Both the position numbers and the translations under genes were made by a program. The notes under the pieces were generated by a model. The model made no database searches. It worked only from the letters and a program-made list of their open reading frames with translations, and was not told the DNA's origin. DNA of 64,000 nt from Gracilinanus agilis (Eukaryota), in assembly GCF_016433145.1 (NCBI RefSeq), contig NC_058132.1:90411423-90475422 (forward strand). The letters run 5' to 3'. Positions 11,732 to 23,646 of this stretch are shown in pieces. Position 1 is the stretch's first letter; every line of letters starts with the position of its first letter.

Positions 11732-12697
11732 ATGATGTCTTTTCCCAAATCCCATGACAACAGTTCCTTCTTCCAACCATCAGCTTTCCTGCTAATTGGC
11801 ATCCCAGGCATGGAAGCTGTACATGGATGGATCTCCATCCCCTTCTGTTCCATGTATACTCTGGCTCTCACAGGCAACTGCCTGATCCTGCTAGCTGTGA
11901 AAAGAACTCCCAGCCTGCACCAGCCCATGTATTACTTCCTGTCCATGTTGTCCCTCACTGACTTGGGACTCACTTTGTGCACACTTCCCACCACCCTGGC
12001 TGTGCTCTGGTTTGACTATCGCCGCATAGCCTTTGATGCCTGCTTGACCCAGATGTTTTTCCTCCATTCTTTCTCTGTTGTGGAATCCTCAGTGCTGCTA
12101 GCCATGTCCTTTGACCGTTTTGTGGCCATCTCCAACCCACTGCGCTATGCCTCTGTCCTTACCAACAGTGTCATTGGCAGGATCGGAATGGCTATTGTGA
12201 CCCGTGCCACTGTTTCTCTCTTCCCTGTGCCTTTCCTGCTGAAGCGGCTAAACTTCTGCCCTGGGAAAGTCCGTCTTTCCCACTCATTTTGCTTTCATGC
12301 CGACATGATGAAGAGGGCCTGTGCTGATATCACTGTCAACATCCTATATGGGCTCTACGTAGTGCTGTCCACTGCAGTTGTGGATTCCTTACTAATTGCC
12401 CTTTCCTATGGACTCATATTACATACGGTAATGGGTTTAGCTTCTCCAAGAGAACGGGTTCGGGCCCTCAACACATGTGTTTCCCATATTTTAGCGGTTC
12501 TGGTCTTCTATATCCCAGTCATTGGAGTGTCCATTATCCACCGCTTTGGTAGACACGCACCTCCCATCGTGCATGCCCTTGTTGCCTATGTCTACTTGGT
12601 AGTGCCCCCTGTGCTCAATCCTATCATCTACAGTGTCAAGTCTAAGCACATCCGGGAGGCACTACTCAAGCTGCTAAGGAAGAAGGGACAAGGTTGA
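11732..12697 (+). CDS. Class I olfactory receptor, OR51 family (paralog A), 321 aa
   Basis: Intact ORF with canonical motifs: NSS sequon, FLLIGIPG, LHQPMYYFLSML, MSFDRFVAISNPLRY, three ECL2 cysteines, RALNTCVSH, HRFG, PPVLNPIIYSVK. Confidence 0.97.
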   Translation: MMSFPKSHDNSSFFQPSAFLLIGIPGMEAVHGWISIPFCSMYTLALTGNCLILLAVKRTPSLHQPMYYFLSMLSLTDLGLTLCTLPTTLAVLWFDYRRIAFDACLTQMFFLHSFSVVESSVLLAMSFDRFVAISNPLRYASVLTNSVIGRIGMAIVTRATVSLFPVPFLLKRLNFCPGKVRLSHSFCFHADMMKRACADITVNILYGLYVVLSTAVVDSLLIALSYGLILHTVMGLASPRERVRALNTCVSHILAVLVFYIPVIGVSIIHRFGRHAPPIVHALVAYVYLVVPPVLNPIIYSVKSKHIREALLKLLRKKGQG

Positions 12698-12783
12698 TTT
12701 TTTTCCAAGGGAATAGTTCTAGGATCCCAGGAAATTAACAGGGTGGAACTGTGAATACAACCAGAACCATGGAAAGAGTAACC

Positions 12784-12789
12784 GTGTGC

Positions 12790-12837
<48 letters not shown>
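12784..12837. repeat. (GT)n microsatellite
   Basis: gtgtgcgtgcgtgtgt..., about 27 units, in the 3' flank of paralog A. Confidence 0.98.
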
Positions 12838-12839
<2 letters not shown>

Positions 12840-12964
12840 ACATGCAGAGTCTTTAGTACATAAAGATAGAAGGCAAGAGATATCATATTTTAAAGTTAAG
12901 ATAGTTGCCATTCTCATGAAAGTCCAGTGATTTAAATTAGATCACTTTTTTAAGTCCCTTCCAA

Positions 12965-14105
12965 GAGTAATAAAGTACTGAATTTGGAGTCAGGAAGACT
13001 CAGATAAGTTTCTTGGGCTCTCCCAGCCTCTCGGTGTCTTTGCTAAGAATGGAGTTAATAATAACAACTAACTTACAGGATCAAAAAAATGTATATGGAA
13101 AAAGTACTTTGTAAACCTTAAAACACTATGTAGAAGACAGCTAACTGGATACTATCCTTTTATGCTAGCCTGAGAAGTGGACAACGGTATATATCCAATA
13201 AATGTCTTAGAGAATATTGAGTACCACATGAAATGCATCCCTATAAGCATTAAGGGGAAAGACAGTACAATATTGTGGGAATAAAATTAGACTTGAAAGC
13301 AGAAGATTTTCAAAGGCTAAAGAAACTCCATAAGCTCAGGTCTTTAATCTACTACTTCCTACATCTATGACCTTAGGTAGGGCCCTTAGCTTCCTTGATC
13401 TCAGTTTCTTCATCTAAAAAGTATACCTTATACTTAATAACATAGATATTAAGAGCAAATCATACTACATTCAGAAAATTCCCTAGGTTTTAATTTTTCC
13501 CATTTTTAAGACTATTGCTAGATTCAAATGAGATGAATCTATGTGGTATGCTTTGTAACCATGAGTTTATAAGTATTAATTTATTATTCTGAGTAATTAA
13601 ATGACCAGCATGACCTCACCAACTCCTGAGACTTTTCAAGGAATGTCAACATGCCACTAACTTTGTTTCTAAGACCTACTACATAAAAATATCTTCTTTT
13701 GTACTCTCCCTGCCCTGCCACCAGTGGACAATTATCCCTTCAACATGTGCTGGACCTCTTCCTTACGTCTGAGCTGCAGTGAGGTGAGGTTTGGCAGGAT
13801 TTATTTGCAAGAAGAAAGTAATTTCATAACTTAGATGCAAATGACAAGAAATAAGAGAACTAAAATTTACATGGCCAATGGAAACAGTACCTGGTGTTAA
13901 ACATATTATTTCTAAACATTCTTAAGGGACTCAATGGTGTGTCAGGAAGAACAACGAACTTGAAGTCACAGATCTCGGGTTGAAAATACAGCTTTCTCAC
14001 TACTATGCCATTTGGAAAAGTCACTAAACCCCTCTGAGTCTCAATTTCCTCATGTGTAAAATGAGATAATTGAAGGACCTTTAAAGTACTTTCTAGCTCT
14101 AAATC
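12965..14105 (+). mobile_element. Cluster of three degenerate MIR SINEs (~12965-13130, 13255-13570, 13930-14105)
   Basis: tRNA-like heads (tttggagtcaggaagac, agacttgaaagcagaaga, acttgaagtcacagatc) followed by CORE (tcagtttcttcatctaaaaa, tctcaatttcctcatgtgtaaaatgag). Confidence 0.6.
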
Positions 14106-15059
14106 TATGAGTCTACACTAAATAAAATATAAGCTACTTTAGGGCAGAGACTCTTAGTTGTATCTTCATGAACCCAAATGCCTAGCATTATGCTTTTCAC
14201 ATAGTAGATATTTAATAAATACATAATGCGATGAATTGAATTGGATTGCATATTATTAAGTTCCAGGCCTGGTATCCTTAGGGTATCTTCCAAATTCCAC
14301 TTACAAATCACAAAAATGTTACACATTTCCAACATTATATAATGGGATACCTAGCCAAAATTGGCATACTACTCTCCTAAAGATTTTTCTCTAGTTCCCT
14401 TCTGTTTTTCCTAGTCTATTTGGTAGATTTAAGATCACTCCTTCAAAACCCTATCAAAAAAACACTTCAATATAGTCTGTACCCAGGAAATAGGGATGCC
14501 ACCCAACTTGTCATCTCCAATCTATGCCCATTTCTTCTTCTCGAGAAAAGATCTACTGGAGCACAAGGCACAAATTAATACCAAGAACATCTCTGGCCCA
14601 CATCCCCTGAAAATTCCTAAAGAAACTCTATTCAATAAAAGAGTGTCCGTCAAGCCAAGGGACTCTGAGATTAATGCCTTTGTGACGATGAAAGATCAAA
14701 GGTCCTGAAGGTAGGTCTCATATGCTGTCTGTATTACCTCTCAACCCACCCCATGGCAGAGAGGAAGGATATATCTCCAAGGACCTCAGAAAAGACTGAT
14801 TATTTGGTTGATCCATTTATCTGTGTTTCAAAACTTCTATCTTTTTTTCCCCTGGAATCACCAAGGCTGTTGGCAAATGACCACATAAATGGTGAGATAA
14901 ATTAATTTAAAAAGCATTTATTAAGTGCTTAATATTTGCAAATCACTATACTAAGTACTGGGAATACAAATGGAACAGTCTTTTAATAATTTTCTCACTC
15001 CAGAACCCTCCTCAATTCCCTTCCCACTTCAATTCAGTAGACAACACATCCTCTGAGGT

Positions 15060-15270
15060 CTTGCCACCCTTGAAGAATCTCATCCCAGAGCTGTAATCCC
15101 TAGGGTTCTGGAGGCTCCATCTAGGCTTTTCCAAGCAGAGTTATAAATGATAGGCAGAGTAGGGCTACTGCCTAAATGCACGGCTGGATTAGACTGATCA
15201 GAAGCTTTCAACCATTATGTAAAAGCTAAAGGTGGTGAAGTGCTGCACAAATCTCATTAGGTAGGTCTTA
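15060..15270 (+). promoter_or_regulatory. Candidate promoter/first non-coding exon of the OR at 22681
   Basis: O/E site tccctagggt (15097-15106), TATA tataaa (15142-15147), identical 17-mer accattatgtaaaagct (15211-15227), donor-like tag|gtaggt near 15260; homologous to 8140-8325. Confidence 0.5.
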
Positions 15271-16546
15271 ATTTTCCCAGAATTTAGGGTTAAATAACTG
15301 ACATTGATAGAAAATACCCTAATTTTACTGGATCTACTTAGTTTTTACTATCTTGTTTAGTACCCTCTCTAACTGGAACTGCTCATAAACAATGAATCTG
15401 TATCAGATTTAATATTTTGCTCATTCTTTTAGCACTGTACTTTGTGAAGGCATTTGTGAGAAAGAGAATATGTAGAAAATAGGAACTTGATAAATTCTAG
15501 GGTTTTATCAGGGGCCCTTTTTTTTCATCTCAGGGACTCTGGGTAAACCTATGAAATACTTGATTGTTTTTAAATGAATAAAATACAAAAGATAAAAAAG
15601 AAAATCCATTTTATTGAAATGAAAATTTATTTTTCCTATTCAAGTTTATAAACCTCCTGACATTCATATCCAGAACACTAGGGGGTCATTATGTCTCAGA
15701 TTAAGAATCCTTTATTTAGACAAACAAAGTTTAGTATAATCAAAAATGGGCTACAGTTGGCTGCCTTCATATAGTCTACAGACTGTCCATCAGAATGACT
15801 GTCCTGGAATATGAGACCATGTTTCTGGTAAGAGATATCTCTTAAGACATCAGGTATTAAGTGCTTGAGATAACTAGAGGGAGGAGGGAGAGAAAGTGAA
15901 CAATATTCCTCTCAGAATTCCTTCAAGGCCAAACACTTTGGAATTAACTAAAATCTATACTAGCCACTATGGTCTTCTTCATCTTTATCTTGGCATCACA
16001 GAACATTAGAGTTCAACAAGGTTGCTCCAGAAGTTGTACAAATTGGAAGATCAGGGAACTTTCCACATTACCTTATTGTCTCCTAAAAACTGAAATAATT
16101 TCTTCTAAACCCATGTGAGTTGTTTTGTTGCTGTTAATTAATTAATTTTACTAATTACATGTAATAACAAATTCCATGTGAGTTGTTAAGCTTCCACATC
16201 ATAGATTCTTCAGGAAGAAAGCAATGTTGGTGAGGATACAAGTATATAAGTATGTTTTGGAGGAGGAAAACATAATCAATGAATCCTCTGCTTCAAGGTA
16301 CCACAACTCCCAAAAAGAATGATTGCTAGAATTTTAGGTTATTAGAAGTAGAATATGCAATAGGGATCTAGTCCAATTTATTCACTTTATGGGTAAAGAA
16401 ATAGAGAACCAAAAAGTTGAAATAAATAAATTGTCCAATCTCACTGATTTAATAATAAATAGAATAACTTCATATTTCAAACATAGGGAAAGTTCTTTAT
16501 GGTTTCCATACCATTTGGCAAGTTCTCCTTGGATTCTGATTTTCTT

Positions 16547-16778
16547 TTTTTTTTTAAATAATTTTTTATTTTTAGAAAAATTTTCCATGGTTACATAAGT
16601 CATGTTTTTACTTTCCCCTTCACCCTCTCAACCCCCCGCCCCCCTCCACTGTAGCCAATTCACATTTCCACTGGTTTTATTATGTGTGGTCAGTCAAGAC
16701 TTATTTACACATTATTGATAGTTACATGGGTGTGGTCTTTTCAGGTCTACATCCCCAATCATGTCCTCATCAACCCAA
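16547..16778 (-). mobile_element. Short L1 3'UTR insertion with ~11-bp TSD
   Basis: Reverse complement matches the L1 3' end at ~40130-40345; TSD ctg(a/g)ttttctt at 16536-16546 and 16779-16789. Confidence 0.85.
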
Positions 16779-16829
16779 CTGGTTTTCTTCAATCTATGAC
16801 TATCATGCTCAGCTGCTTTAAAAAATAAC

Positions 16830-18155
16830 TACTGATTAATCCTGATTTTTTCCCCTAAAGCTTCATTAATTCAGCCAACCTTTCTATTCAAATAAATCCA
16901 GAATCCACATATCTACCTTTCTTCTCTCTCCTGAACTACAGTTCCATATACCTAACTACCTTTTGAATATTTCCATCTCAATATGTTAGGCCTCTTAAAG
17001 TCAAAATGACTCAGAGCACATTATCTTTCCTTCTTAACCAATTAAGTCTCCAAACTTCCTGGAAAGGATACTACTATTCTTTTAATTATCTAGCAATCAT
17101 CTTCAATACATACCTCTGCCACATCCCTACATATCTAATCAGTTTTTGAATCCTTTATATTCAACCCCCTCAACACCTCTTGCATCTGTTATCTCATCTT
17201 TACTCACATCACAACTACACTAATTTAGGCCTTTATTCTTTCATGAACAATGTTAACAGCTTCATATCTACTCTCTGTGAATCTATACTCTCTTCTCTTC
17301 ATTCAGGTTTCAAAATAAATGTCTAATTGATCCTCCCAATGAAGAGGTCAACTGTGCCATTCCTATGGCAGTTTTACTAGCTCTTGTTTGCACCAGGGAC
17401 AAAAATATAAACTTCTCTGATATTGGAAGCCTTTTATAATGTGATTATAGATTATTATCCTTTCAGGCATATAACAAATTACTTCCCACAACTCATGATT
17501 TTGAGTATTTTCTGACTGTCTCTCATGTCTGGAATGTTCTTCTTCCCCATATTCACTTCTTGACTTGCCCATCTTCCTTTAAGTTTTGGCTAAAATTCCA
17601 CCTCCTGCAGAAAGTCTTTTCCATTTTCACTTTATGCTAATGCCTTTCCTCTGTTGATTATCTTCAATGGATCCAGGATGTAGCTTGTTTACATGTAGTT
17701 GTTTGCATATTGTCACTTCCATTAGACTGTGAATTCCTCAAGAGCAGAGACTGTCTATTGCCTTTCTTTGTAAGTTCAATGCCTGGAACATAGTAGGTGT
17801 TAGTAAATGTTTTTTGGATGGTTGGCTTACTACCTCTCTCATTCTATGTTCCAGCAAAGCTGTCCTACATGCTGTTCCCAAAAGAAGAAATTCAGTCTTC
17901 TTCCTCTTTACCTTTCTATAAGTTATTCTCCACTTCTAGAATATTCTCCATCTTAATCTCTCCTCCTTAGATTCCCCTGCACTCTTCAAAGCTGTACTCC
18001 ACTATCATCTCTTTCAAGACGTCTCTGATCCTACAAGACTCCTTGTCCCATGTCTCTTTGACTTATTTTGTATATATTCAAGGTAAAGAATTAGATTTCA
18101 CTTTTTCCTTTATATCCATAGCACTTAGTATAGCTGTTGGCTCGTTGTAAGTACT
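16830..18155 (+). mobile_element. Two L2 fragments
   Basis: L2 landmarks and 3' ends (attagactgtgaattcctcaagagcaga...gcctggaacatagtaggtgttagtaaatg; gcacttagtatagctgttggc). Confidence 0.65.
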
Positions 18156-18159
18156 TTTA

Positions 18160-19515
18160 AAAAATAACATTTTATTTTCCCCAATTACATGTAAAACAAT
18201 TAAAATATTCTTTTTATGAATTTTGAGCCCCAAATTTCCATGAAATATAATCTAGATTTTACATGCAAACATGTAAAACATCTTTCCATTTTAGACCATT
18301 TTGTGGAAGGAAACCTGAACAACAACAAAAAACAAAAACAAGCAAAAACAAAATGAAGAAACAATGTAGAATGCTTTGATTTGGTTTCACACCCTATAAG
18401 TACTTTCTCTGGAGGCAGATAGCATTTTTCATCAAGCATCTTTTAGGATTGTTTTGGATCATTGCATTGCTGAGAATAGCTAAGTCATTCAGAGTTGTTC
18501 ATTGTTCAAAATTTCTTTTATTATGTACAAAGTTATCCCTCATTCTGCTCACTTCACTCTGCATTAGTTTGTGTAAGACCTTCCAGGTTCTTCTGAAATT
18601 ACTCTGTTTATCATTTCTTATAGAACAATAATATTCCATTGTAATCACATAACACAACTTGTTCAGCCAATCCCCAGTTGATGGGCATGGCCTCACTTTC
18701 CAATTCTTTGCCATTACAAAAAGAACTGCTAAAAACATTTATGTACAAATAGATCCTTTCACTTTTTTTCATTATCTCTTTGGTATACAGATCTAGTAGT
18801 GATATTATTGGATCAAAGTGTATGCACAGTTTTATAGCCTTTTTGACTTAGTTACAAATTGATCTCTAGAAGAGTCAAATAAGTTCACAACCTCGCTAAT
18901 GACATTTGTGTCTCAATTTTACCAGTTCCCCTCTCACATTTATCTTTTTCCTTTTCTGAGAATCTGATAGATATGAGATCATACCTCAGAGCTTTTTTAA
19001 TTTGCATTTTGCCAGTCAATAGTTATTTAGAACATTTTCATATGACTATAGATATATTTTTTTGATTATTACATCTAAAAACTGCTTGTTCAAATCTTTT
19101 GACCTTTTATCAGTTAGGGAATGACTTGTTTTCATTTTCTATGTATTTGAGAAATTTATTACAAAAACTGTATTAGAGCTCTTTATTAAAAATCTTTGTT
19201 AGAAAACATTATATTTCCTAGTTATGATTACTTTATATTTTCCTCTCTCATATCTCCCTCAATTATCCTACTATATCACTCTTTTTACCCTGTCCATCCT
19301 TAAAAGTGTTTTGCTTCTGACCACAACCTTTCCCAATCTGTACTTCCTTCTAACACTCTTCTAACACTTATTCCCTTCTCTTCCTACTTTCCTCTAGGGT
19401 AAGAGATTTCTATACCCACTGAGTGTATATGTTATTCCCTCTCTGAGTCAATTCTGATGGTAGTAAGGTTCAAATGCTTCCCTTTCTATCTCCCCCATCT
19501 TCCCTTCCACTTGAA
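18160..19515 (-). mobile_element. Old L1-derived element with inter-ORF spacer fused to the ORF2 3' end (HAL1-like / ORF2-deleted)
   Basis: ORF 18499-18738 is the L1 ORF2 C-terminus (FVMAKNWK...GDWLNKL); 19200-19515 is homologous to the inter-ORF spacer of the L1 at 35100-35520. Confidence 0.75.
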
Positions 19516-21269
19516 GCTCTATGCATTTGACCTATGTCTTCATTCATGGCTCCTCTTTTTGAAAGAAAGAAAAGGGTAAGGAGAAGAGCTGGATAACCTC
19601 CCCATATACTTTGTCACTCACTGTAATCACTAATATCAACTCCCATCTACCTCACTTGCTAATGATTATTCTGGAAAAGTTTGGGTTGGAGAAATGTTTG
19701 AAACTGTGGGGCTAGGGAAAAATTTGAATCATACAAAAGTTTGGATTCCAAGGCCGAATCTGAATCAGGATTAAGACTTGTATATATTTGAATCCACTTC
19801 TAAATTCAGAATTTGTGATTGGGAAAAAAAGAAATGAAATGATAAAATCTCCCTTCTCTGGGGAAGAGTCTTGACTTAAACTATAATGGGGCAAAGTCCT
19901 AGGTTTAAATCTGGGGGGAAATCATTATACACACTTGGAGAGCTATTGATAAGAAAAAGGGGAGGGATAACATGGATTGATGGGGAAAAGAGAATAGCGT
20001 ATTTGCAAGGAATTGCCTGGTCAAAGGCAAAAATGTAAGAATGAAAATATATGAAAGCTAGGGTCCAGAAAGTTATGGATGTAAAGTCCCTGTTGATAGA
20101 ACTGTGTCATTTTAATTCTCTATATCCTAATAACTACACAAATGTATAATAGGGCATATCTGTTAAATGTTGTAAAAGAGGCAAAAGGGAAGGCTGGAGA
20201 AGCAGAAAAGGAACAAAATATTGTAGGACTTAAAATACCATTGGGGATAACTGAAGGTTTCTGCGATAATATCAGATAATATAATATCTATAAGATTAAC
20301 CTGGGAGCATTTGCAGGATGGGCAGCATGAGGCGAACTGAAACTTTTTTGTGTGTGCCATGGGCTCCATTTATGTCATTGGTAGTGCAATGAAACATGCA
20401 GATCTTTCTCAGAGGAATGTTTTTAATGAATTGAAGGAAATGCAAATTTCATTGAGCAGTAAATGAAAATAAATATTTTTTTCTCATTCAGATTCACAGA
20501 TGTTCTTGAAATCTTTCCATGAACTTCTTGGGGTTCTAGGTACCCCAACTTAAAAGCCCTTGGATTAGAAGACTGATAGTGAAGGTGACTTTTTATTGGT
20601 CCAGGAAAGAGGTAGTAAAGGCCTGAACTGGAGTAATGGTGATAGGCAAAGAGAAAGAAGAGAAAGGATGTGAAGAACAATGTAGAAATGGAATTGACAG
20701 ATGGATAAAGTACATATTTCAATGACTTCATGAGTCTCTGTTCTCTGGAATATCACTGTTAAAAGGTCAGAGAAACACACGATGAGGGACGGTGGGGGAA
20801 GGATAAGAGAAAAGCAAGACAATTTAACTGAATTTCATAAACATTGCTAATGTCAACTTTATTTAGACACTGCTCTTAAAGTTGGTTGACCTCTTTCCAC
20901 CTATGGTTTTTCCCCCTAATAAGATCAACTAAACACTACAAATGGAAGAAGATTGAGCTTCTTTTTGCTCCTCTTATCCTGGAGCTTCAGAGGTCCTCTT
21001 TCTGGAAGACCCAAATCAAGATGTCATTCTTGAGAAGGACCAACTTACATCCCTGAGATTAGGTCTGTTAGGTACAGCTCCATATGACTAGTAGAAGACC
21101 CTGGTTTTGGAAGGGTCTCCAGACAGTTTTGAGTTAACCCATGGTTTGTCTCCCTAATCACCTCTCACCTGAAACATTTCAATCTCCTTCTAAGTAATAT
21201 TCCTGATTCAAGTCTCTTCTATTAAAACCCAGCTTCCTCTCAGCTGCTGACTAGATTTTCCCAAAATGT

Positions 21270-21610
21270 AAGAATTACAATCATAATATCTATCACTTAT
21301 ATTGAGCTTTAAGGTATGCAAGGTATTATATACATATATGTGTGCTTATATTACATAACATTATATAGTGTATCCATACCATCTTGTATATCATATCATA
21401 TCATATTATTTTATAGCATATTATTTTATATATTTATTATTAGGTATTGCCACAATCCTGACAGGTAAACACTATTATTATCCTCATTTTGTAGATGATG
21501 AAATAGGCACAGAGAGGGTAAGTGATTTGGTCAAGGGTCACACAGTAAGTATCTGAGGCAATAACTGAACTTATTCGAGTCCTTTGAGACTCCAGGTTCA
21601 GCACTCTAAA
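21270..21610 (-). mobile_element. MIR SINE with internal low-complexity expansion
   Basis: attattatcctcattttgtagatgatgaaataggcacagagagggtaagtgatttggtcaagggtcacacagtaagt. Confidence 0.75.
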
Positions 21611-21639
21611 CTTCTTAAACATCAAAGAGAGATGACCAT

Positions 21640-22320
21640 GTCAGTTGCCTACTCAGTAAACTCCAATAACTTTTATTACTTCCATAATCAAATATACATT
21701 TTGTTTAAAGCTATCTGCTTGGCATTTAAAGCTCTTCATAATCAGTCTGCTATCTACCTTTAAAGACATCTTATATTAATATTTATGTCTCCTCAGGTTA
21801 TTGTAAGGATCAAATGAGAAAATAATTAAGTGCTTAGGACAGTGCCTGGCACATACTGAGCAGTATCTAAATGTAGCTATTTTTATTATTATCCCATTTC
21901 ATACATTCTACAATGGAGCTATACAAGTCTATTTGTTTTTTCTTATATAAAACTATATCTTGTGAAATCATTTTTTCCTTGGGTTCTCTCTGAAACCTGA
22001 AATGCTTTCTCTCTCTTTGTTTCTAGCTCTTAGAATCATTGGATTTCTTCAAGACTCACTTCAAATGTCAACTTTTGCAGAAGGTCTTTCTTTATCTCAA
22101 AATTATTAAAGCCTTTCCTTCCAAGATGACCTTTCATCTACAAATATATCCTATATGTACATACTGTTGTAGAATTTGTTTCCCCCATTAGAATGTATTC
22201 TTCTTGGAGGCAGGAACTGGTTTTGCTTTTGCACGACTGTGCATTCGTGGACCCATTTTGTTTATCAATATCATAATGCATGACACATAGTATTTAATAA
22301 ATATTTGTTTCCTGCCATCA
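21640..22320 (+). mobile_element. L2 fragment interrupted by a MIR tail
   Basis: L2 3' end ccccattagaatgtattcttcttggaggcaggaactgg...cacatagtatttaataaatatttg. Confidence 0.6.
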
Positions 22321-22680
22321 TCCTTATAGGATTGAGATGGGACCCAAGCCCTCAAAACTTCCTTGGATGATCTTCCAGGCACCTCTCACTGTACAATTTA
22401 TTGAAAACCATTTTGGATATTTTTTAAAATTCTATACTAGAACAGTTGTTAAGGAAATTAATTCAACATAATAAGTTCAAGATGTATAATACAGGAAGGT
22501 TGTTGACCAGGGTGAGTAGGCCACTTCTTAAAACCCAAATTTTGGTATCTTGGTCCTGAGGAACATGTCTAAAGTTGCTTCTGAATTCCTGATAAAAAAT
22601 TATAGACAATAATCCTGTCTTCTGTCTGAATCCGTGTATACAATAGGAGGTGGTCTCATCTTTTGAGAAACTATCTTTCA

Positions 22681-23646
22681 ATGATGTCCCTTCCCCAATT
22701 CCATGATAACAGTTCCTTCTTCCAACCATCTGTTTTCCTGCTGATTGGCATTCCAGGTTTGGAAGCTATGCACAGATGGATCTCGATCCCCTTTTCCTCT
22801 ATGTATACTCTGGCTCTCACAGGCAACTGCCTGATCCTGCTAGCTGTGAAAAGAACTCCCAGCCTGCACCAGCCCATGTATTACTTCCTGTCCATGTTGT
22901 CCCTCACTGACTTGGGACTCACTTTGTGCACACTTCCCACCACCCTGGCTGTGCTCTGGTTTGACTATCGCCGCATAGCCTTTGATGCCTGCTTGACCCA
23001 GATGTTTTTCCTCCATTCTTTCTCTGTTGTGGAATCCTCAGTGCTGCTAGCCATGTCCTTTGACCGTTTTGTGGCCATCTCCAACCCGCTGCGCTATGCC
23101 TCTGTCCTTACCAACAGTGTCATTGGCAGGATCGGAATGGCTATTGTGACCCGTGCCACTGTTTCTCTCTTCCCTGTGCCTTTCCTGCTGAAGCGGCTGA
23201 ACTTCTGCCCTGGAAAAGTCTATCTTTCCCACTCATTTTGCTTTCATGCCGACATGATGAAGAGGGCCTGTGCTGATATCACTGTCAACATCCTATATGG
23301 GCTCTATGTAGTGCTGTCCACTGCATTTGTGGATTCCTTACTAATTGCCATCTCCTATGGACTCATCCTTCACACAGTAATGGGATTAGCATCTCCTCAA
23401 GAACGGATCCGGGCTCTCAACACGTGTGTCTCCCATATTCTAGCTGTTCTAGTCTTTTATATCCCTGGTGTGGGAGTGTCCATTATCCACCGCTTTGGTA
23501 GACATGCACCCCCAATTGTGCATGCTGTTGTTGCCTATGTCTATTTGATTGTGCCCCCTGTGCTCAATCCTATCATCTACAGTGTCAAATCCAAGCACAT
23601 TCGAGAGGCACTGATCAAGATGTTAAAGAAGAAGGATCAGAGTTGA
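22681..23646 (+). CDS. Class I olfactory receptor, OR51 family (paralog B), 321 aa
   Basis: Intact ORF colinear with 11732-12697 (offset 10949); first ATG is at 22681, while the ORF-track start 22663 is a TTG. Confidence 0.97.
   Translation: MMSLPQFHDNSSFFQPSVFLLIGIPGLEAMHRWISIPFSSMYTLALTGNCLILLAVKRTPSLHQPMYYFLSMLSLTDLGLTLCTLPTTLAVLWFDYRRIAFDACLTQMFFLHSFSVVESSVLLAMSFDRFVAISNPLRYASVLTNSVIGRIGMAIVTRATVSLFPVPFLLKRLNFCPGKVYLSHSFCFHADMMKRACADITVNILYGLYVVLSTAFVDSLLIAISYGLILHTVMGLASPQERIRALNTCVSHILAVLVFYIPGVGVSIIHRFGRHAPPIVHAVVAYVYLIVPPVLNPIIYSVKSKHIREALIKMLKKKDQS

Noticed and set aside
12628-12917. Poly-(Thr-His) ORFs on the minus strand
   Set aside because: Translation of the (GT)n microsatellite.
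21365-21435. (ATATC)n/(TATTT)n stretch
   Set aside because: Ordinary low-complexity expansion inside a MIR.
22663-22680. N-terminal extension MRNYLS of paralog B
   Set aside because: Starts at TTG; the ATG at 22681 aligns exactly with paralog A's start.
11732-23646. Assigning specific gene symbols (the pair resembles my recollection of mouse Or51a42/Or51a43-type receptors near the beta-globin-flanking class I cluster)
   Set aside because: Cannot be verified without phylogeny or synteny; no globin, UBQLN or TRIM landmark is visible in the window, so symbols are left blank.
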